Shown here piece after piece: positions 38,597 to 52,110 of a stretch of 64,000 bases of DNA. Within the stretch, counting starts at the first letter, position 1; each line of letters starts with the position of its first letter. The DNA comes from Centroscyllium fabricii (lineage: Eukaryota), in NCBI GenBank assembly GCA_051313645.2, contig JBNRSN020000001.1, positions 216,318,001 through 216,382,000 on the forward strand, written 5' to 3'. A model generated the notes under the pieces. It had not been told where the DNA came from, did not search any database, and saw nothing but the letters and a program-made list of their open reading frames with translations. Both the position numbers and the translations under genes were made by a program.

Positions 38597-41500
38597 TGTG
38601 GCGGTACGCCGGCTGGCGAATCCGCCTCGGGAGTACTGCGGGGCATAGCCCCGCCCACCGGGTGACGCGATGACATCACCACGTCTCTCGGCGTCATGAG
38701 GTCACGAGCGGCGGGTAGTTTAAATAAGCCTGCTCCTCGTGGTTCAGTCTCTTTCTTGCTTATGTAGTTGTTAATTAAACAAGTGTTATCTGTCTCTCCG
38801 GCTCGTGTGTGGTTCTTGGGTCCTGCAAGCGCTACAGTGGTGACCCCGACTTGGAACGTCTTCCAAGGAGAAAACAGCAGCTACAGGACTTAAAACCCAG
38901 CATCCTCAGAACACTTATAAACAACATGACTTCCAGAAACCAAGCTTCTTGTCAACAAGGACTTGGCCAGAACCCCGGGCACAGACTAACTCTACCGGAG
39001 TTCTGGGAGCAACACCCGGCAGCGTGGTTTATGTGTGTAGAGACCAGCTGCCGCACTCATGGCATCCAGGGGGACGACCGCTATGACCTGGTCTTCTCGG
39101 CCCTACCGCAATCGACGATCGATTGGATGTGGTCGAAGCTACAGCGCGTGCCCGCAGAAGGCAGGTGTGAATTTATCAAGGCTGGGCTACTTAAAAAATT
39201 CACCCCCTCCCAGTTCGAGCGCGACTGCCAACTCCTTAACCTCCCCGAACTCAGGGACGCAGACCCATCGGACCTTTGGGGCCAAATGCAAGCGCTCACC
39301 GCCGATCCCGCCTCCCTGTTCCGCACCATTTTCCTCCTTAAGCTGCCCCCCTCCATCAGACCGGCCCTGGCGGCCTTCTGCCACCGGAGCGGGGACGAGC
39401 TAGCCGAGGAAGCCGACAGGCTCATGGCGGCCGAGCACACCCGCTCCGCCACGTGCGACCTCACTGCCGCGGCAGTCGAGCCCACCCACTCGCCCCCCAG
39501 GTCCAACCCAACGCCTGAACCCAGGCCCCCGCGCCCTCCCAAGCAACCGCGAGCCGCAAGCACCTGTCACTGCTACTACCACGCGCGGTTCGGCACTAAA
39601 GCGCACCGCTGCATCCTGCCCTGCACGTTCAAGCCACAGCCCGGCCCAGCCCCCACCATGTCTGTAGGCCACACCGGAGCCCTGCTCTACGTCACAGACA
39701 GCGGCACAGGCCTCCGGTTCCTCTGCGACACGCGCGCACAGCACAGCATCGTGCCAGCCTCCCCCGCAAAGCCAAAAAAGGCACCCGGGGCCCGCCAGTC
39801 GCGGCTGCCAACGGCTCGGACATCAAAACGTACGGGACCCGCAAGCTAACAATCTAGCTTGCTGGCCACACTTATGAATGGGAGTTTGTCACGGCCCAGG
39901 TCACATCACCCCTCCTCGGGGCAGATTTCCTCTGCATCCACGGCCTCCTAGTCGACATGACCCGGCGCCGCCTGGTCGACATTCAAAATATGTCGACCAT
40001 CCCATGCTCCACAGGGCCGGCACTCCTGGCCCACGCGGCGGCACAATGCCGCGCCCGGAACTCTGACGCGTACGGCTCGCTCCTCGCTGAGTTCCCAGCC
40101 CTTACCAATCCCACCTTCACCGCCCGCACGGCCAAACACGGGGTGGAACACTTTATCACCACCACCGGCCCTCCCGTGCATGCCCACGCCCGCAGGCTGG
40201 ACCCGGCCAAGCTGGAGATTGCGCGCACCGAGTTCGGCACTATGGAGCAACTCGGCATAATCCGCCGCTCCAGCAGCCCCTGGGCCTCTCCCCTCCACAT
40301 CGCCCCCAAGCCGGGCGGGGGTTGGCACCCCTGCGGCGACTACCGCCGCCTCAACAATGCCACTACCCCGGATAGGTACCCCGTACCCCACATCCAGGAT
40401 TTCTCCGCCAGGCTAGCGGGCTGCACGATCTTCTCCAAGATCGACCTGGTGCGTAGCTACCACCAGGTCCCGGTGCACCCGGCGGATGTCCCCAAGACAG
40501 CCGTAATCACCCCCTTCGGCCTGTTCGAGTTCCTCAGGATGCCCTTCGGACTCAAAAACGCGGCCCAGGCCTTTCAGCGCCTAATGGACTCAGTCCTGCG
40601 GGACTTGCAGTTCATTTTCGTCTACTTAGACGACATCCTCATGGCCAGCACCTCCCCCCAGGAGCACCTCCTGCATCTCAGGACCCTGTTCCAGTGCCTG
40701 ACCGAACACGGCCTCATATTAATGCAAATTCGGCCTAGAAATTATAGACTTCCTGGGCCACCGCATTTCCAAAACCGGGGCCATACCCCTGCCCTCCAAA
40801 GTGCAGGCAGTCCAGGAATTCCCCCGCCCGCACTCCATTAAGGGCCTGCAGGAGTTCCTCGGGATGGTTAACTTTTATAACCGCTTCATCCCAGGTGCAG
40901 CCGCTCTCATGGCTCCCCTATACCAGGCCACACGCGGGCAGTCCGGCAAAACTGCGGTCGAGTGGACGGCCGCCACCGCGTTTACCGCAACCAAGACCGC
41001 CCTGGCCAACGCCACCCTCCTAGCCCACCCTAGGCCCAACGCCAGAGTGGCCCTCACCACCGACGCCTCCGACCATGCTGTCGGGGCCGTTTTCGAACAG
41101 TGGGCGGGCAACTCCTGGCAGCCCCTGGCCTTTTTCAGCCGGTACCTACGGCCCCCGGAGGTCAAGTACAGCGCCTTCGACAGGGAGCTCCTCGCTCTCT
41201 ACCTCGCTGTGCGCCATTTTCGCTTCCTCCTGGAGGGCCGTCCCTTCACAGCTTTCGTGGATCATAAGCCGCTGACATTCGCAATGGCTAAGATCTCCGA
41301 ACCCTGGTCGGCCAGGCAGCAGCGCCAACTCGCAGCCGTGTCGGAATTCACTACCGACATCCAGCACATCTCCGGCCGCGACAACGTGGTTGCTGACTGC
41401 CTGTCACGTCCCATTAACGCCGCCCAAATGGCGGTCGATTACGCCAAGCTGGCAGCAGACCAGCTGGCAGACCCAGACCTGCTCGACCCAGCAGAAAACC

Positions 41501-42994
41501 TCCCTGGCCTACGCTTGGCCAACATCGCCCATGGCCCCGCGGCCACCATAGTCTGCTGCGACGTATCGTTACCGCAGCCCAGACCCGTCGTCCCCCACGC
41601 ATGGAGGCGGCGCATTTTCGAGACCCTCCATGGCCTGTCCCACCCCGGCACCCGCGCCTCCATTAAACTTATTTCGGCCCATTTTTTGTGGCGCGGCCTA
41701 CGCAAAGACGTCCACGCCTGGACCAACGCCTGCATCGCCTGCCAGTGGGCCAAAGTGCACAAGCACATCAAAGCCCCGCTGGAAACGTTTACTGTGCCAG
41801 CCAGGCGCTTCGACCACGTCCATGTCGATCTCGTTGGACCACTGCCGCCATCCCGGGGCCACACACACCTCATGACCATGGTCGACCGCAACACTCGCTG
41901 GCCAGAAGCAGTCCCCTTGGTTGCTACCAACACCACGGACTTAGCCAGGGCGTTCATCGCGACTTGGGTCGCCCGTTTCGGCGTGCCCACCGACATCACG
42001 TCGGACAGAGGTCCCCAATTTACGTCTGCACTATGGGCGGCCATCGCCCGCGAGCTCGGGGTGACCCTGTATAGAACCACCGCGTACCACCCACAAGCTA
42101 ACGGGCTCTGCGAAAGGTTCCACCGCTCCATGAAAACCTCCCTGCGGGCCAGCCTCAAAGACGCATCATGGACAGACCGTCTTCCTTGGGTACTGCTCGG
42201 ACTACGCTCGGCGGCCAAAGAAGATTTGCACGCCTCAGCAGCGGAACTCGTCTATGGCCAGACATTAAGAGTGCCGGGCGAGTTTCTCGCCGAATCAAAC
42301 GCTCCCTGGTCGGCCGACCAGTTCCTCAAGGACTTTGCCAACCCGGCACGAGCGTTCACCCCCTTACCGGTGGCCCAGCACGGAAAGCCGGCGGCACGTG
42401 AACCGGACAACATCAAGCACGCAAAGTACGTGTTCGTCCGTCACGACGCCCATCGTTCACCTCTACGGCCACCTTTACAGAGTGCTTCGGGCGGGATCCA
42501 AAGCTTTTGAGCTACAGCTGGGCAACCGGACAGAAACAGTCTCCATCGACCGGCTGAAACCGGCACACGTAATAGCGGGCGACGCGACAGTCCCCGCCCA
42601 ACCACCTCAACGCGGACGCCCTCCCGCACCAACACCCCCCTACACTCCACCGCTGCACCAGGAGCAACGCACGACATGTGCCGGCCGCATCTTACGGCCA
42701 CCACGACGCCTCGTATAGACTCTTTTCCTCTCGGACGGATTCTGGGGGGAGCTGTGTGGCGGTACGCCGGCTGGCGAATCCGCCTCGGGAGTACTGCGGG
42801 GCATAGCCCCGCCCACCGGGTGACGCGATGACGTCACCACGTCTCTCGGCATGATGAGGTCACGAGCGGCGGGTAGTTTAAATAAGCCTGCTCCTCGTGG
42901 TTCAGTCTCTTTCTTGCTTATGTAGTTGTTAATTAAACAAGTGTTATCTGTCTCTCTGGCTCCTGTGTGGTTCTTGGGTCCTGCAAGTGCTACA
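38597..42994 (+). mobile_element. Full-length Ty3/Gypsy element D (CsRn1-type, sister subfamily of A; frameshifted)
   Basis: 240-bp LTRs 38597-38836 and 42755-42994; 4-bp TSD ACCT; PBS TGGTGACCCCGAC; gag ATG 38926; protein closely similar to A but broken into several ORFs. Confidence 0.96.
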
Positions 42995-43537
42995 ACCTCA
43001 CCCTAAATACTCACCATATCCACAATACTCCATTCCCCCTCACTACACCTCTGATCCCCATTTGCACTACTCAGTATCTCAAATATCCTTCTGCCCAAAT
43101 CCTCAATTCGCTCCTCTGCCAACTATTCTCTACTCTCTGACAACTGCTTTCTACCCCATAATACATCTCACTTCCCCAGTTATCTAAACTACTCCAACAC
43201 ACCACAACGCCCCCTCCTGATCACCTTCCCATTATGATGCCCAGTTCGGAGGATTTTGCTCCTTCTGGTCCCTCCACCTCGGACATACAAGACTTGTCAG
43301 CTGGAGATGAAAGTGTTGATCCAGTCCAGCCACTTATTCTAACAGACTTTTACAGCTAGCAGAGGAGTTCCCCTAGAGTCAAGTGTCAACTAACCTCATC
43401 ATGTTCCAGCCTTCCAAAGAGGTCACCAGAAAGAAACCTCACTGCTTCCTTCAGGCACAGACTGTAATAACTGTGACTATATCTGGTGAGTTCCACTTCC
43501 CTTTTACCAGCAAAACTTTTCTTGTTCCAACTGTCTT

Positions 43538-46500
43538 CATAGAATCATAGATTGTACAGCACTGTACAGGCCCTAGGCCCTCAACGTAGTGCCGTGCTTA
43601 GTCCGTCTCTGATTATTCAATTCAATTCAATTCAAGTTTTATTGTCATTGCAGAGTACTAGTACAATACAACGAGACGAAGACTCGACTCTCCCGAGAGT
43701 AGTGCAAATAAATTACATGCAAATTGCATACAGTAAAGTACATTATCAGGCGTGCAGGTACCGGAGTTTCTTTTTAGAGTTCAGGAGGCATTTGCATCCC
43801 CCCTACTCTTCATTCCCCTCCATGTATCTATCTATCATCCTCTTAAAAGCTCCCAGACTGTCCGCTTCCACTATTTTGGATGGCAGCCTATTCCACGCCC
43901 CGACCACTCTCTGTGTAAAGAACTTGCCTCTACCATCCCTTCTGAATCTTCCTCCCCGAATCCTGTAGGCGTGCCCTCTTGTTACAGTCCTTCCTACCCG
44001 AGGAAACAGCCTCTGCACGTCCACTCTATCGATCCCCTTCATCATCTTAAACACCTCTATTAAGTACCCCCTCGTCCTTCTCCTCTCTAGGGAGAAGAGT
44101 CCCAGTTCCCTCAACCTCTCCTCATACGACTTACCCCCCAGTCCAGGCAGCATTTTGGTGAATCTCCTCTGCACTCTTTCTAAAGCCTCCACCTCCTTCC
44201 TATAGTATGGTGCCCAGAACTGTACACAGTGCTCCAGGTGAGGTCTCACCAGCGCCCTGTACAGCTGCAGCATAACCCCCCGGTTCCTAAACTCCAATCC
44301 CCTGTTGATGAACGCCAATGCACCATAGGCCTTTTTTACTGCCTTGTCTACCTGGGTGGCAGCCTTCAATGACCTGTGCACATATACTCCAAGATCCCTC
44401 TGCTCCTCTGCTTCCCTCAGGACCCTGCCGTTGACCCTATACTCTCTCTTCCTATTTGTCCTTCCGAAGTGCATCACCTCGCATTTCCCCGTGTTGAACT
44501 CCATTTGCCATTCTTCGGCCCAGCTCTGCATCCTATCTATATCCCTCTGGAGCTCATTACTTCCCTCCTCCTCGTCCACTACTCCCCCAATCTTTGTATC
44601 ATCTGCAAATTTGCTGACCCACCCCGCCGTCCCCTCCTCCAAGTCATTGATGAAGATTACGAATAATAGTGGCCCCAGCACCGATCCCTGTGGCACCCCA
44701 CTGGTGACTGGTCTCCAATCCGAGTATTGGCCATTCACCACTACCCTCTGCTTTCTCTGAGCTAGCCAGTTCTCTATCCATCCAGCTAACTCTTTGTTTA
44801 CCCTGCAGCTCCTTACTTTCTTCATGAGTTGACCATGCGGGACCTTGTCGAACGCCTTGCTGAAGTCCATATAAATGACATCAACCGCCTTTCCCTCATC
44901 CACACACTTGGTCACCTCCTCAAAGAATTCAATCAGGTTGGTCAGGCACGATTTGCCCTTTACGAATCCGTGCTGACTGTTCCTGATTACTTTGCCCCTT
45001 TCTAGATGGTCGTAGATCCTGTCCCTCGGGACCCTTTCCATCACCTTCCCGACCACCGAGGTAAGGCTGACCGGTCTATAGTTCCCTGGCTCATCCCTGC
45101 TCCCCTTTTTAAATATGGGAACCACATTTGCCTCTCTCCAGTCCTCTGGCACTATCCCCGAGGATAGTGAAGATCTAAAGATTGAGGCCAGGGGTTCTGC
45201 TATTTCGTTCCTTGCTTCCCACAGAATCCTTAGATATATCCCGTCTGGCCCAGGTGATTTATCTACCTTCATTCTCTCCAATATATCTAGTCCCTCTTCC
45301 CTCTGAATCTTCACTTCCCCCATCCCTTCTACTTGTATCCTACTCTCCTCCCCTACTCCTTGTCCCCTCTCCCTTGTGAACACGGACGCAAAATACTCGT
45401 TTAATGCTTCCCCAATATCCTCTGCCTCCATGCACATCTTTCCATTACCGTCCTTGATCGGCCCTACTCTTGCCCTAGTCATTCTCTTGTTTCTGACGTA
45501 TGCATAGAAAGCCTTAGGGTTCTCTTTTATTCTTCCCGCTAAAGCTTTCTCATGCCCTCCCTTTGCCTCCCTTAGCCCATTTTTTAGTTCCTTCCTTGCT
45601 TCCCTGTACTTCTCGTCCGCTCGTGCTGTACCCTGTTTTCTCATTCTAACGTATGCCTCCTTCTTCTTTCTCACTAGCCGCTCTACCTCTTTTGTGCACC
45701 ACGGTTCTCTCATCTTTCCCTTGTTTCCCTTCCTGCTCGGGACATGCTTATCCAGGCCTCTCAGAATTTTCTCCCTGAACACTCTCCATTTTTCATCCGT
45801 TCCCCTCCCAGCAAGTTCCCATTCCCAATCAAGGTTTCCTAAGTCCTGCCTAACCCTGTCGTAATTTCCCCTCCCCCAACTGTATACCTTGCCCTGCCTC
45901 TTGTTCCTATCCTTCTCCATCACTATAGTGAACGTCACAGAGTTGTGGTCACTGTCCCCAAAGTGCTCTCCTACCTCCAGTTCAACCACTTGGCCCGGTT
46001 CATTTCCCAGAACCAGGTCCAAAGTTGCCCTACCCCTTGTTGGCCCCTCCACGTATTGTGTCAGGAAACTTTCCTGCACGCATTGTATAAAAATGTCCCC
46101 ATCTACCCTATTTGACTTATATAGACTCCAGTCTATATTCGGGAAGTTGAAGTCCCCCATGATAACCACTATGTCCCCCACATCTATCCATTATTTGGCT
46201 CGCAATTTCCTCCTCCACCTCCCTGTTACTATTTGGTGGTCTATAAAAGACTCCCACTAACGTGACCGCCCCTTTCCTATTCCTAACCTCCACCCATACT
46301 ACCTCCGTTTGTGTGTCCCCCTCAAAAAGCTTTTCTGCAGCTGTCACGCTGTCTTTGACCAGCAGTGCCACTCACACTCCCCCCCCCACCCCCACCCCCG
46401 CGTTTTCCTTCTTCCCTACTTTTGCAGAAGCTTCTATAGCCCTGAACCACCAACATCCAATCCTGTCCCTGTTCCAACCATGTCTCTGTAATGGCCACCA

Positions 46501-47580
46501 CATCGTAGTCCCATGTCGCAATCCATGCCCCTAGCTCTCCTACCTTGTTTCTTATGCTTCTTGCATTGAAGTAGGCGCACTTCAGTCCACTGGCACTACC
46601 CTGCGCCCTTGGTTCTCCCCCCTGTTCCTCCTTGTTCTCTAGGCTCCCTTCTGCATCCCTGCCCATTTCCCCATCCCCCTGGCCAATTAGTTTAAATCCC
46701 CCTGAATAGCTGAAGCGAGTTTTCCACCCAGAATGTTGGTGCCCCTTTGGTTCAGGTGCAAGCCATCTCTCTTATACAGGTCCCACCTTCCCCAGAAAGA
46801 GCCCCAATTGTCTACAAAATTTATGCCCTCCCTTCTGCACCAACCCTGTAGCCACGCGTTTAGTTGTATTCGCTTTTCGTTTTTCCACTCCCTATCCCAG
46901 AAATTGTGGCATTTTTTGTTCTGTCCCTCAGTTTCCTCCCTAGTTCCCTAAACTCTTGTTTAATGTCTTCGTCCCTTTTCCTCCCTATGTCGTTCGTACC
47001 TATGTGTACCACGACTTGCACTTGATTACTCTCCCCTTTTAGGGTGCTGTAGACAAGGTCCGAGACGTCGCGGACCCTGGCACCCGGGAAGCAACATACC
47101 ATCCTCGAGTCCCTTCTACTCCCGCAAAACCTTCTCTCCATCCCCCTCACCATTGAGTCCCCCATAACTATGGCTCTCTGCCTTACCCACCCTCCCTTCT
47201 GCACCGCCTCGTCCGGCCTGGTATCTGGGTTCCCGTCCCCTTGGTCTCCCCCTGTTAGGTCTCCCCCCTCGTTAGTATCCAGGGCGGAGTACCTGTTGCT
47301 GAGGGAAACGACCCCTGAGGGACCTGACCCTGCCCTCCCCTTCCCCTTCCTTTTTACCTTCCCCGAACCGGCATTTTGCACAGGGGTATCTACAGCCCCC
47401 CTGGGTCGCTTTGTGGCTTCCTCCGCCTCCCTAAGGATTTTTATTTCCTCCAGGTCTCCTTCCATTTCCCCAACATGGTCCTCCTCTGCCTCCCTCAGGA
47501 TCCTGAGTTCCTCCAGGTCCCGTTCCAGTTCCCTTACTCTGTTTTTAAGGAGCTGTAGCTGGATGCACTTCTCACAGGTG
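43538..47580 (-). mobile_element. Near full-length CR1 LINE (5'-truncated in ORF1)
   Basis: ORF1 with C-x2-C/coiled coil and SGNH esterase (GDSMVR, HIGTND); APE endonuclease (NARSI, ITETW, YRPP, GDFN, SDH) frameshifted at a G run about 46380; RT 792-aa ORF (GVPQGSVLGP, FADD); (TCTATGAT) tail. Confidence 0.93.
43803..46181 (-). CDS. CR1 ORF2, C-terminal endonuclease plus RT (792 aa open)
   Basis: YRPVSLT, QHGF, DFSKAFD, PQGS, FADD motifs in the ORF track. Confidence 0.85.
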   Translation of the reverse strand: MGDIVVIMGDFNFPNIDWSLYKSNRVDGDIFIQCVQESFLTQYVEGPTRGRATLDLVLGNEPGQVVELEVGEHFGDSDHNSVTFTIVMEKDRNKRQGKVYSWGRGNYDRVRQDLGNLDWEWELAGRGTDEKWRVFREKILRGLDKHVPSRKGNKGKMREPWCTKEVERLVRKKKEAYVRMRKQGTARADEKYREARKELKNGLREAKGGHEKALAGRIKENPKAFYAYVRNKRMTRARVGPIKDGNGKMCMEAEDIGEALNEYFASVFTRERGQGVGEESRIQVEGMGEVKIQREEGLDILERMKVDKSPGPDGIYLRILWEARNEIAEPLASIFRSSLSSGIVPEDWREANVVPIFKKGSRDEPGNYRPVSLTSVVGKVMERVPRDRIYDHLERGKVIRNSQHGFVKGKSCLTNLIEFFEEVTKCVDEGKAVDVIYMDFSKAFDKVPHGQLMKKVRSCRVNKELAGWIENWLAQRKQRVVVNGQYSDWRPVTSGVPQGSVLGPLLFVIFINDLEEGTAGWVSKFADDTKIGGVVDEEEGSNELQRDIDRMQSWAEEWQMEFNTGKCEVMHFGRTNRKREYRVNGRVLREAEEQRDLGVYVHRSLKAATQVDKAVKKAYGALAFINRGLEFRNRGVMLQLYRALVRPHLEHCVQFWAPYYRKEVEALERVQRRFTKMLPGLGGKSYEERLRELGLFSLERRRTRGYLIEVFKMMKGIDRVDVQRLFPRVGRTVTRGHAYRIRGGRFRRDGRGKFFTQRVVGAWNRLPSKIVEADSLGAFKRMIDRYMEGNEE

Positions 47581-50254
47581 AATCCAGCCTGGGCCACCTT
47601 TGCCCCCCCCTGTCTTGCTCCAACTGCTGAGGACATCACCTCATTTTATACAGACGTTTGTCTATTTTCAACATAAAGGATTCAAAATAGAATGTTGGAA
47701 CTAGCCCAAGTGCCATTCAGCCATCATTGCAAATTGAATACTTCTGTCTGAGCAGGAGTCTGATTAGTCTAGAAAGAGATTAATAGCCCTGTTTGAGCAA
47801 ATATGCTGTGGGGGAGCATTTAAATGACAATGGCAGGGGTGGGGAAAGTCCAGAGAGGTAGAGACAAGATCAATTAAGTTGATGGAACAGAAGTAGAAGA
47901 TGTATCTAAATTATGAGAAAATATTATCACAGGAGAAAGGGGAAAAAGAACAGGAAAGGAGAATGAAGAGTCAAAGATAAGGCTGTGGACTGGCAAAGAG
48001 CAGAGTTTAACAAAATAAGATGGGATCTGGCAAAAATGTAATGTGCAGGAAAGTTAGAAAATAGGTTGACTGATTAGCAGTGGGACATATTCAAATTTAT
48101 GTTCCTTTCTCCAGCACTGATATCCCTCATCTTAGAAAAATCAACTTTCATTTAAAGAGCACCTTTCACGATCTCAGGATGTCCTAAAGTACTTCACAGC
48201 CAATGAAGTACTGTAGTCACTATTGTAATGTAGAGGAACATGATAGCCAATTTGCACACAGCAAGGTCCCACAAATAGCAATGAGATGAATGACCAGATA
48301 ATGCATTTTCTTTAGTGGTGTTGGTTGAGGGATAAATGTTGGCCAGGACACTGGGCTCCTTTGAATAGTGCCATGGGATCTTTTATGCCCACCTGAGACG
48401 GCAAACATGTTCTTGGTTTACTGTCTCATCTGAAAGGTGGCGCCTTCTACAGTGTAGCACTTCCCCAGCACGGCACTGTCAGATTAGATTATGTGCTGAA
48501 CTCTCTAGAGAGGGGCTTGAACCCGGGATTTCCTGACTTCGAGGTGAAAGTGCTACCACTGAGCCAAGGCAGAGTCCAGAATTAGCTTTAAAAAGTTAAA
48601 TATAATCACCTTCCTACACACATCTCCACATTCCAATATTTTTTTTGTTATACATGTTTAATATTATTAAAAGTAGAAAAAATTTGAGCAAAAAACATTT
48701 TGAATGCTTGTATTCAAATTTCACAGCAAATGTGTAAATACGTTTTAAAACTCCCAGCAATGTATTTAAAAATCTGAACGTATTGTATTTAAGACATCTC
48801 TAGAAATCAGCAATTTGAATACTGTATTGCCATGAAATCCAACTTTTTATACTGTAGTAGTTTTCTTGACTGAAATATTTCGTTCCTTTTCTCTGCACAA
48901 TCCTTAAAAGTTTATAATGCTCTAAATAAAAACATTCCTTGATATTTTGTGAAACAAAAAGCTTTAATTTTTATCATTCTGCACTTCAAGATTCACAGAA
49001 AACAAAATGGAAGGTTTGTAAATTAGGTCCCAGCATGAAAAAATGAAGCACAGTTACTCTGTACAATAACCAGGAAGTGGCAGAACAAATATAGCAAACT
49101 GCACTTAACAGTCCACTAATGCAAGACTTAAAAATGTAAAATATATTTTTTCCTGCCCATAACCCTGTCATTTAAATAGGGAACATTGTGTAATAAAAAC
49201 AGAAAATTCTGAAAATACATTGCAGGCCAATGAGAATCTGTAAGGAAAAAGGGTCATGAGCTGTCAAGTGTGTACCTTTCCATCAATGTTCTGATGAAAG
49301 CTACACACCTGAAACATTATAATTTATGGAATCATAGAGGTTTACAGGACAGAAATAAGGCCCTTCAGCCCATCAGGTGCAATTTTCAGCCGATCGGGTG
49401 CAATTTTCAGCCGGCTATTTCTTGCATGAAAAACTGGCATCCAGCAGAGAAAAATCCTGGTGGGGGCCTTGGACATCCATTTGCCCACTTGATTCAATTT
49501 TCAGACATACCTTTAAATGGGCTCCCATCAATCATGGACAAAACAGGCAGGAGGCTGTTTAAATATGAAAATCCTACTGCCTTACTCTCTCTCCATAGCT
49601 TACCTTACTGCTAATTGACCTGCTGTATATTTCCTACATTTTCAATTTTTATTTCAGATTTGCAATATTTGGAGCTGTTCCTCCCTTTTATTTATACAGA
49701 TGCATGATGTAATTAGAAGTCATGTAAAATCCACATGCACTACAACATGGCTGAAAAAGAACACAACTCTGAAAATTTAAATTTACACCCTCCACTGAAA
49801 GAACAAGGGAAACTAAGAACTGTAAATCATCTACTTAATACTCACAGGGCTGCGAGGGAGGTTTATAGTGCAGGCATGTTATATGCTATTTTTTCTTAGT
49901 TAATGTTTCAAATTGTTCCAGGTTACGTTACGGTGTCATTGATCATTCACCTCACTCTATATACCACTTTTCAAAGCAAGTGGTGTTTTGTATTGGCATG
50001 TAAAAAAACCTCTTTAGAAGCTTTAAAATTCTCTTCAGGAGGAATGAGGAGACGCAATATAAACTAAATGGCACAATTTTAAATGCAACAAGTCACACAA
50101 CACCAGGTTATAGTCCAACAGTTTTATTTTAAATCACAAGCTTTCGGAGCTTCTGCCCCTTCGTCAGGTTGTGGAGGTGCCGGTGTTGGACTGGGGTGGA
50201 CAAATGCAAGAAGTCACACGACACCAGGTTATAGTCCAACAGTTTTATTTTAAA

Positions 50255-50292
50255 TCACAAGCTTTCGGAGCTTTTGCCCCTTCGTCAGGTGA
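50255..50292 (-). ncRNA. Minimal type I hammerhead ribozyme (intact)
   Basis: UCAC-CUGACGA-A-GGGGC AAAA GCUCC-GAAAGCUU-GUGA: stem I UCAC/GUGA, stem II, palindromic stem III. Confidence 0.8.
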
Positions 50293-50570
50293 AAGAGAGA
50301 GACTGACTTGAAGAACGCACATATGGAACGAAGGGAGAAATCCAATCTCGCCCACATCTCACCTTAGCAGAGCCAGACAGAGCACACAAAGGCGTATTAA
50401 CATATTCTAAGAGATTCATTTAAACATAGCATATATAGAGAGAGAGAACAATGTGGTCTCTCCAGCTGTTTCACATCACACCTCAGCTGATCTCCCACAT
50501 CTCACCTTGATGTGGGAGATCAGATTTCTCTCTTCCTCCCATATGTGCGTTCTTTAAGTCAGCTTCTCTT

Positions 50571-50608
50571 TCACCTGACGAAGGGGCAGAAGCTCCGAAA
50601 GCTTGTGA
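50571..50608 (+). ncRNA. Minimal type I hammerhead ribozyme (intact)
   Basis: TCAC CTGACGA A GGGGC AGAA GCTCC GAAAGCTT GTGA. Confidence 0.8.
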
Positions 50609-51540
50609 TTTAAAATAAAACTGTTGGGCTATAACCTGGTGTTGTGTGACTTCTTGCATTTGTCCACCCCAGTCCAACACCGGCACCTCCACATCATCAC
50701 AATTTTAAAGGGGGTGCGTTAACAGAGAGACAGGGGGTGACAACAACACAAGTATTTGGAGGTGACAGGGCAATTTGAGAAGGCGGTTAAAAAGGCATAT
50801 GGGATCCTTGGCTTTATAAACAGAGGCAGACAATACAAAAAGCAAGGAAGTTATACTAAACATTTATAAAACACTGCAGTATTGTGGCCAATTCTGGGCA
50901 CCACACTTTAGGAAGGATGTGACGACCTTAGAGAGGGTGCAGAGGGGATTTACTAGAATGATACCAGGGAGGTGGAGAGACTAGATAAACAGGGGTTGTT
51001 CCCTTAGAGCAGAGAAGGTTAAGGGGGAATTTGATAGAGGTGCTCAAAATTTTGAAGGGTTTTGATAGAATTAATGCAGTTGCAGAAGGGTCAGTAACCA
51101 GAGGACACAGATTTAAGACAATTGGCAAAAGAACCAGAGGCAACATGAGGAAAAAAAATGTTTACACAGCGAGTTGTTATGATCTGGCATTCTTTGTCTT
51201 GTCTATCTCGATTGAGTTGGCATATGCAGTCTAGCTGTACTCCGCCAACTTGGGCCAGGATAACTCCCCTGCTCTTCCTCGAAATAAATGGACGTAAAAG
51301 ATCTTGTGCGCTGAGAGAGCAGACGGGACCTCAGTTTACCGTCTCATCCGAAAGGGTGGTGGAAACAGATTAAATCATAACTTTCAGAAGGGAATTGGAT
51401 AAATACTTGAAAAGGAGAGAAACACTGGGGTAAGGGGAACGAGTGGGGGAGTGAGACTAATTGGATAGCTCTTTCAAAGTGCTGGCACAGGCTGAGTGGC
51501 CTTCTTCTTTGCTGTATCATTCTATGATTCTTTGCTGTAT

Positions 51541-51915
51541 CAAGATTCAAGATTATTTTATTGCCATATGTAACTGGTACAATGGAATGCTTACTCCCCA
51601 TTCACTCCCACAATATAAGTATAAAAAGCAAAAACAAGTATAAATATAAAAAAAAATAATAATAATAATAATTAATAAGCAAATAAACAAATAAGCAAAC
51701 AAGAGCGGTTAGCAGTTAAGTAGGCGCACTGCCTGTGGGTAGAAACTGTTTTTGAACCTGCTGGTCCTGGTTCGGATGCTGCGGTACCGACGGCCGGACC
51801 GCAGGAGGGAGAACAGATCGTGCCCAGGGTGTTTGGGGTCCTGGATGATGGAGCGGGCCTTGTTCCGACACCTGGTCTGGAAGATCTCCTCGATGGACCG
51901 AAGTGCACACCTGAT
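51541..51915 (-). mobile_element. Rex1/Babar-like LINE 3' end
   Basis: RTSRFKNSFYPQAV-type C-terminus and (TCTTGAA)n-like tail. Confidence 0.6.
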
Positions 51916-51961
51916 GATCTTTTTTATGATTCTGTGAAAACTTAATGACTATCTTGTCTAC

Positions 51962-52110
51962 AAATGTAAGAAGTCACACAACACCAGGTTATAGTCCAAC
52001 AGTTTTATTTGAAATCACAAGCTTTCGGAGCGCTGCTCCTGACTATAACCTGGTGTTGTGTGACTTCTTACATTTGTCCACCCCAGTCCAACACCGGCAC
52101 CTCCACATTA
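51962..52110 (+). mobile_element. Short Penelope-type fold-back insertion
   Basis: 12-bp TSD TATCTTGTCTAC (51950-51961, 52111-52122); same terminal repeat family. Confidence 0.85.

Larger units (their letters stand above)
50084..50697 (+). mobile_element. Short Penelope-type insertion with inverted, duplicated pseudo-LTR
   Basis: 12-bp TSD CACAATTTTAAA (50072-50083, 50698-50709); three hammerhead motifs; 3' end ...CCGGCACCTCCACATCAT. Confidence 0.85.
50040..51530 (+). mobile_element. Decayed CR1 3' region, interrupted by a Penelope insertion and a SINE piece
   Basis: CR1 RT C-terminal motifs and the GGGGAGTGAGACTAATTGGATAGCTCTTTCAAAG 3'UTR also seen at 595-910 and 1170-1290. Confidence 0.7.
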
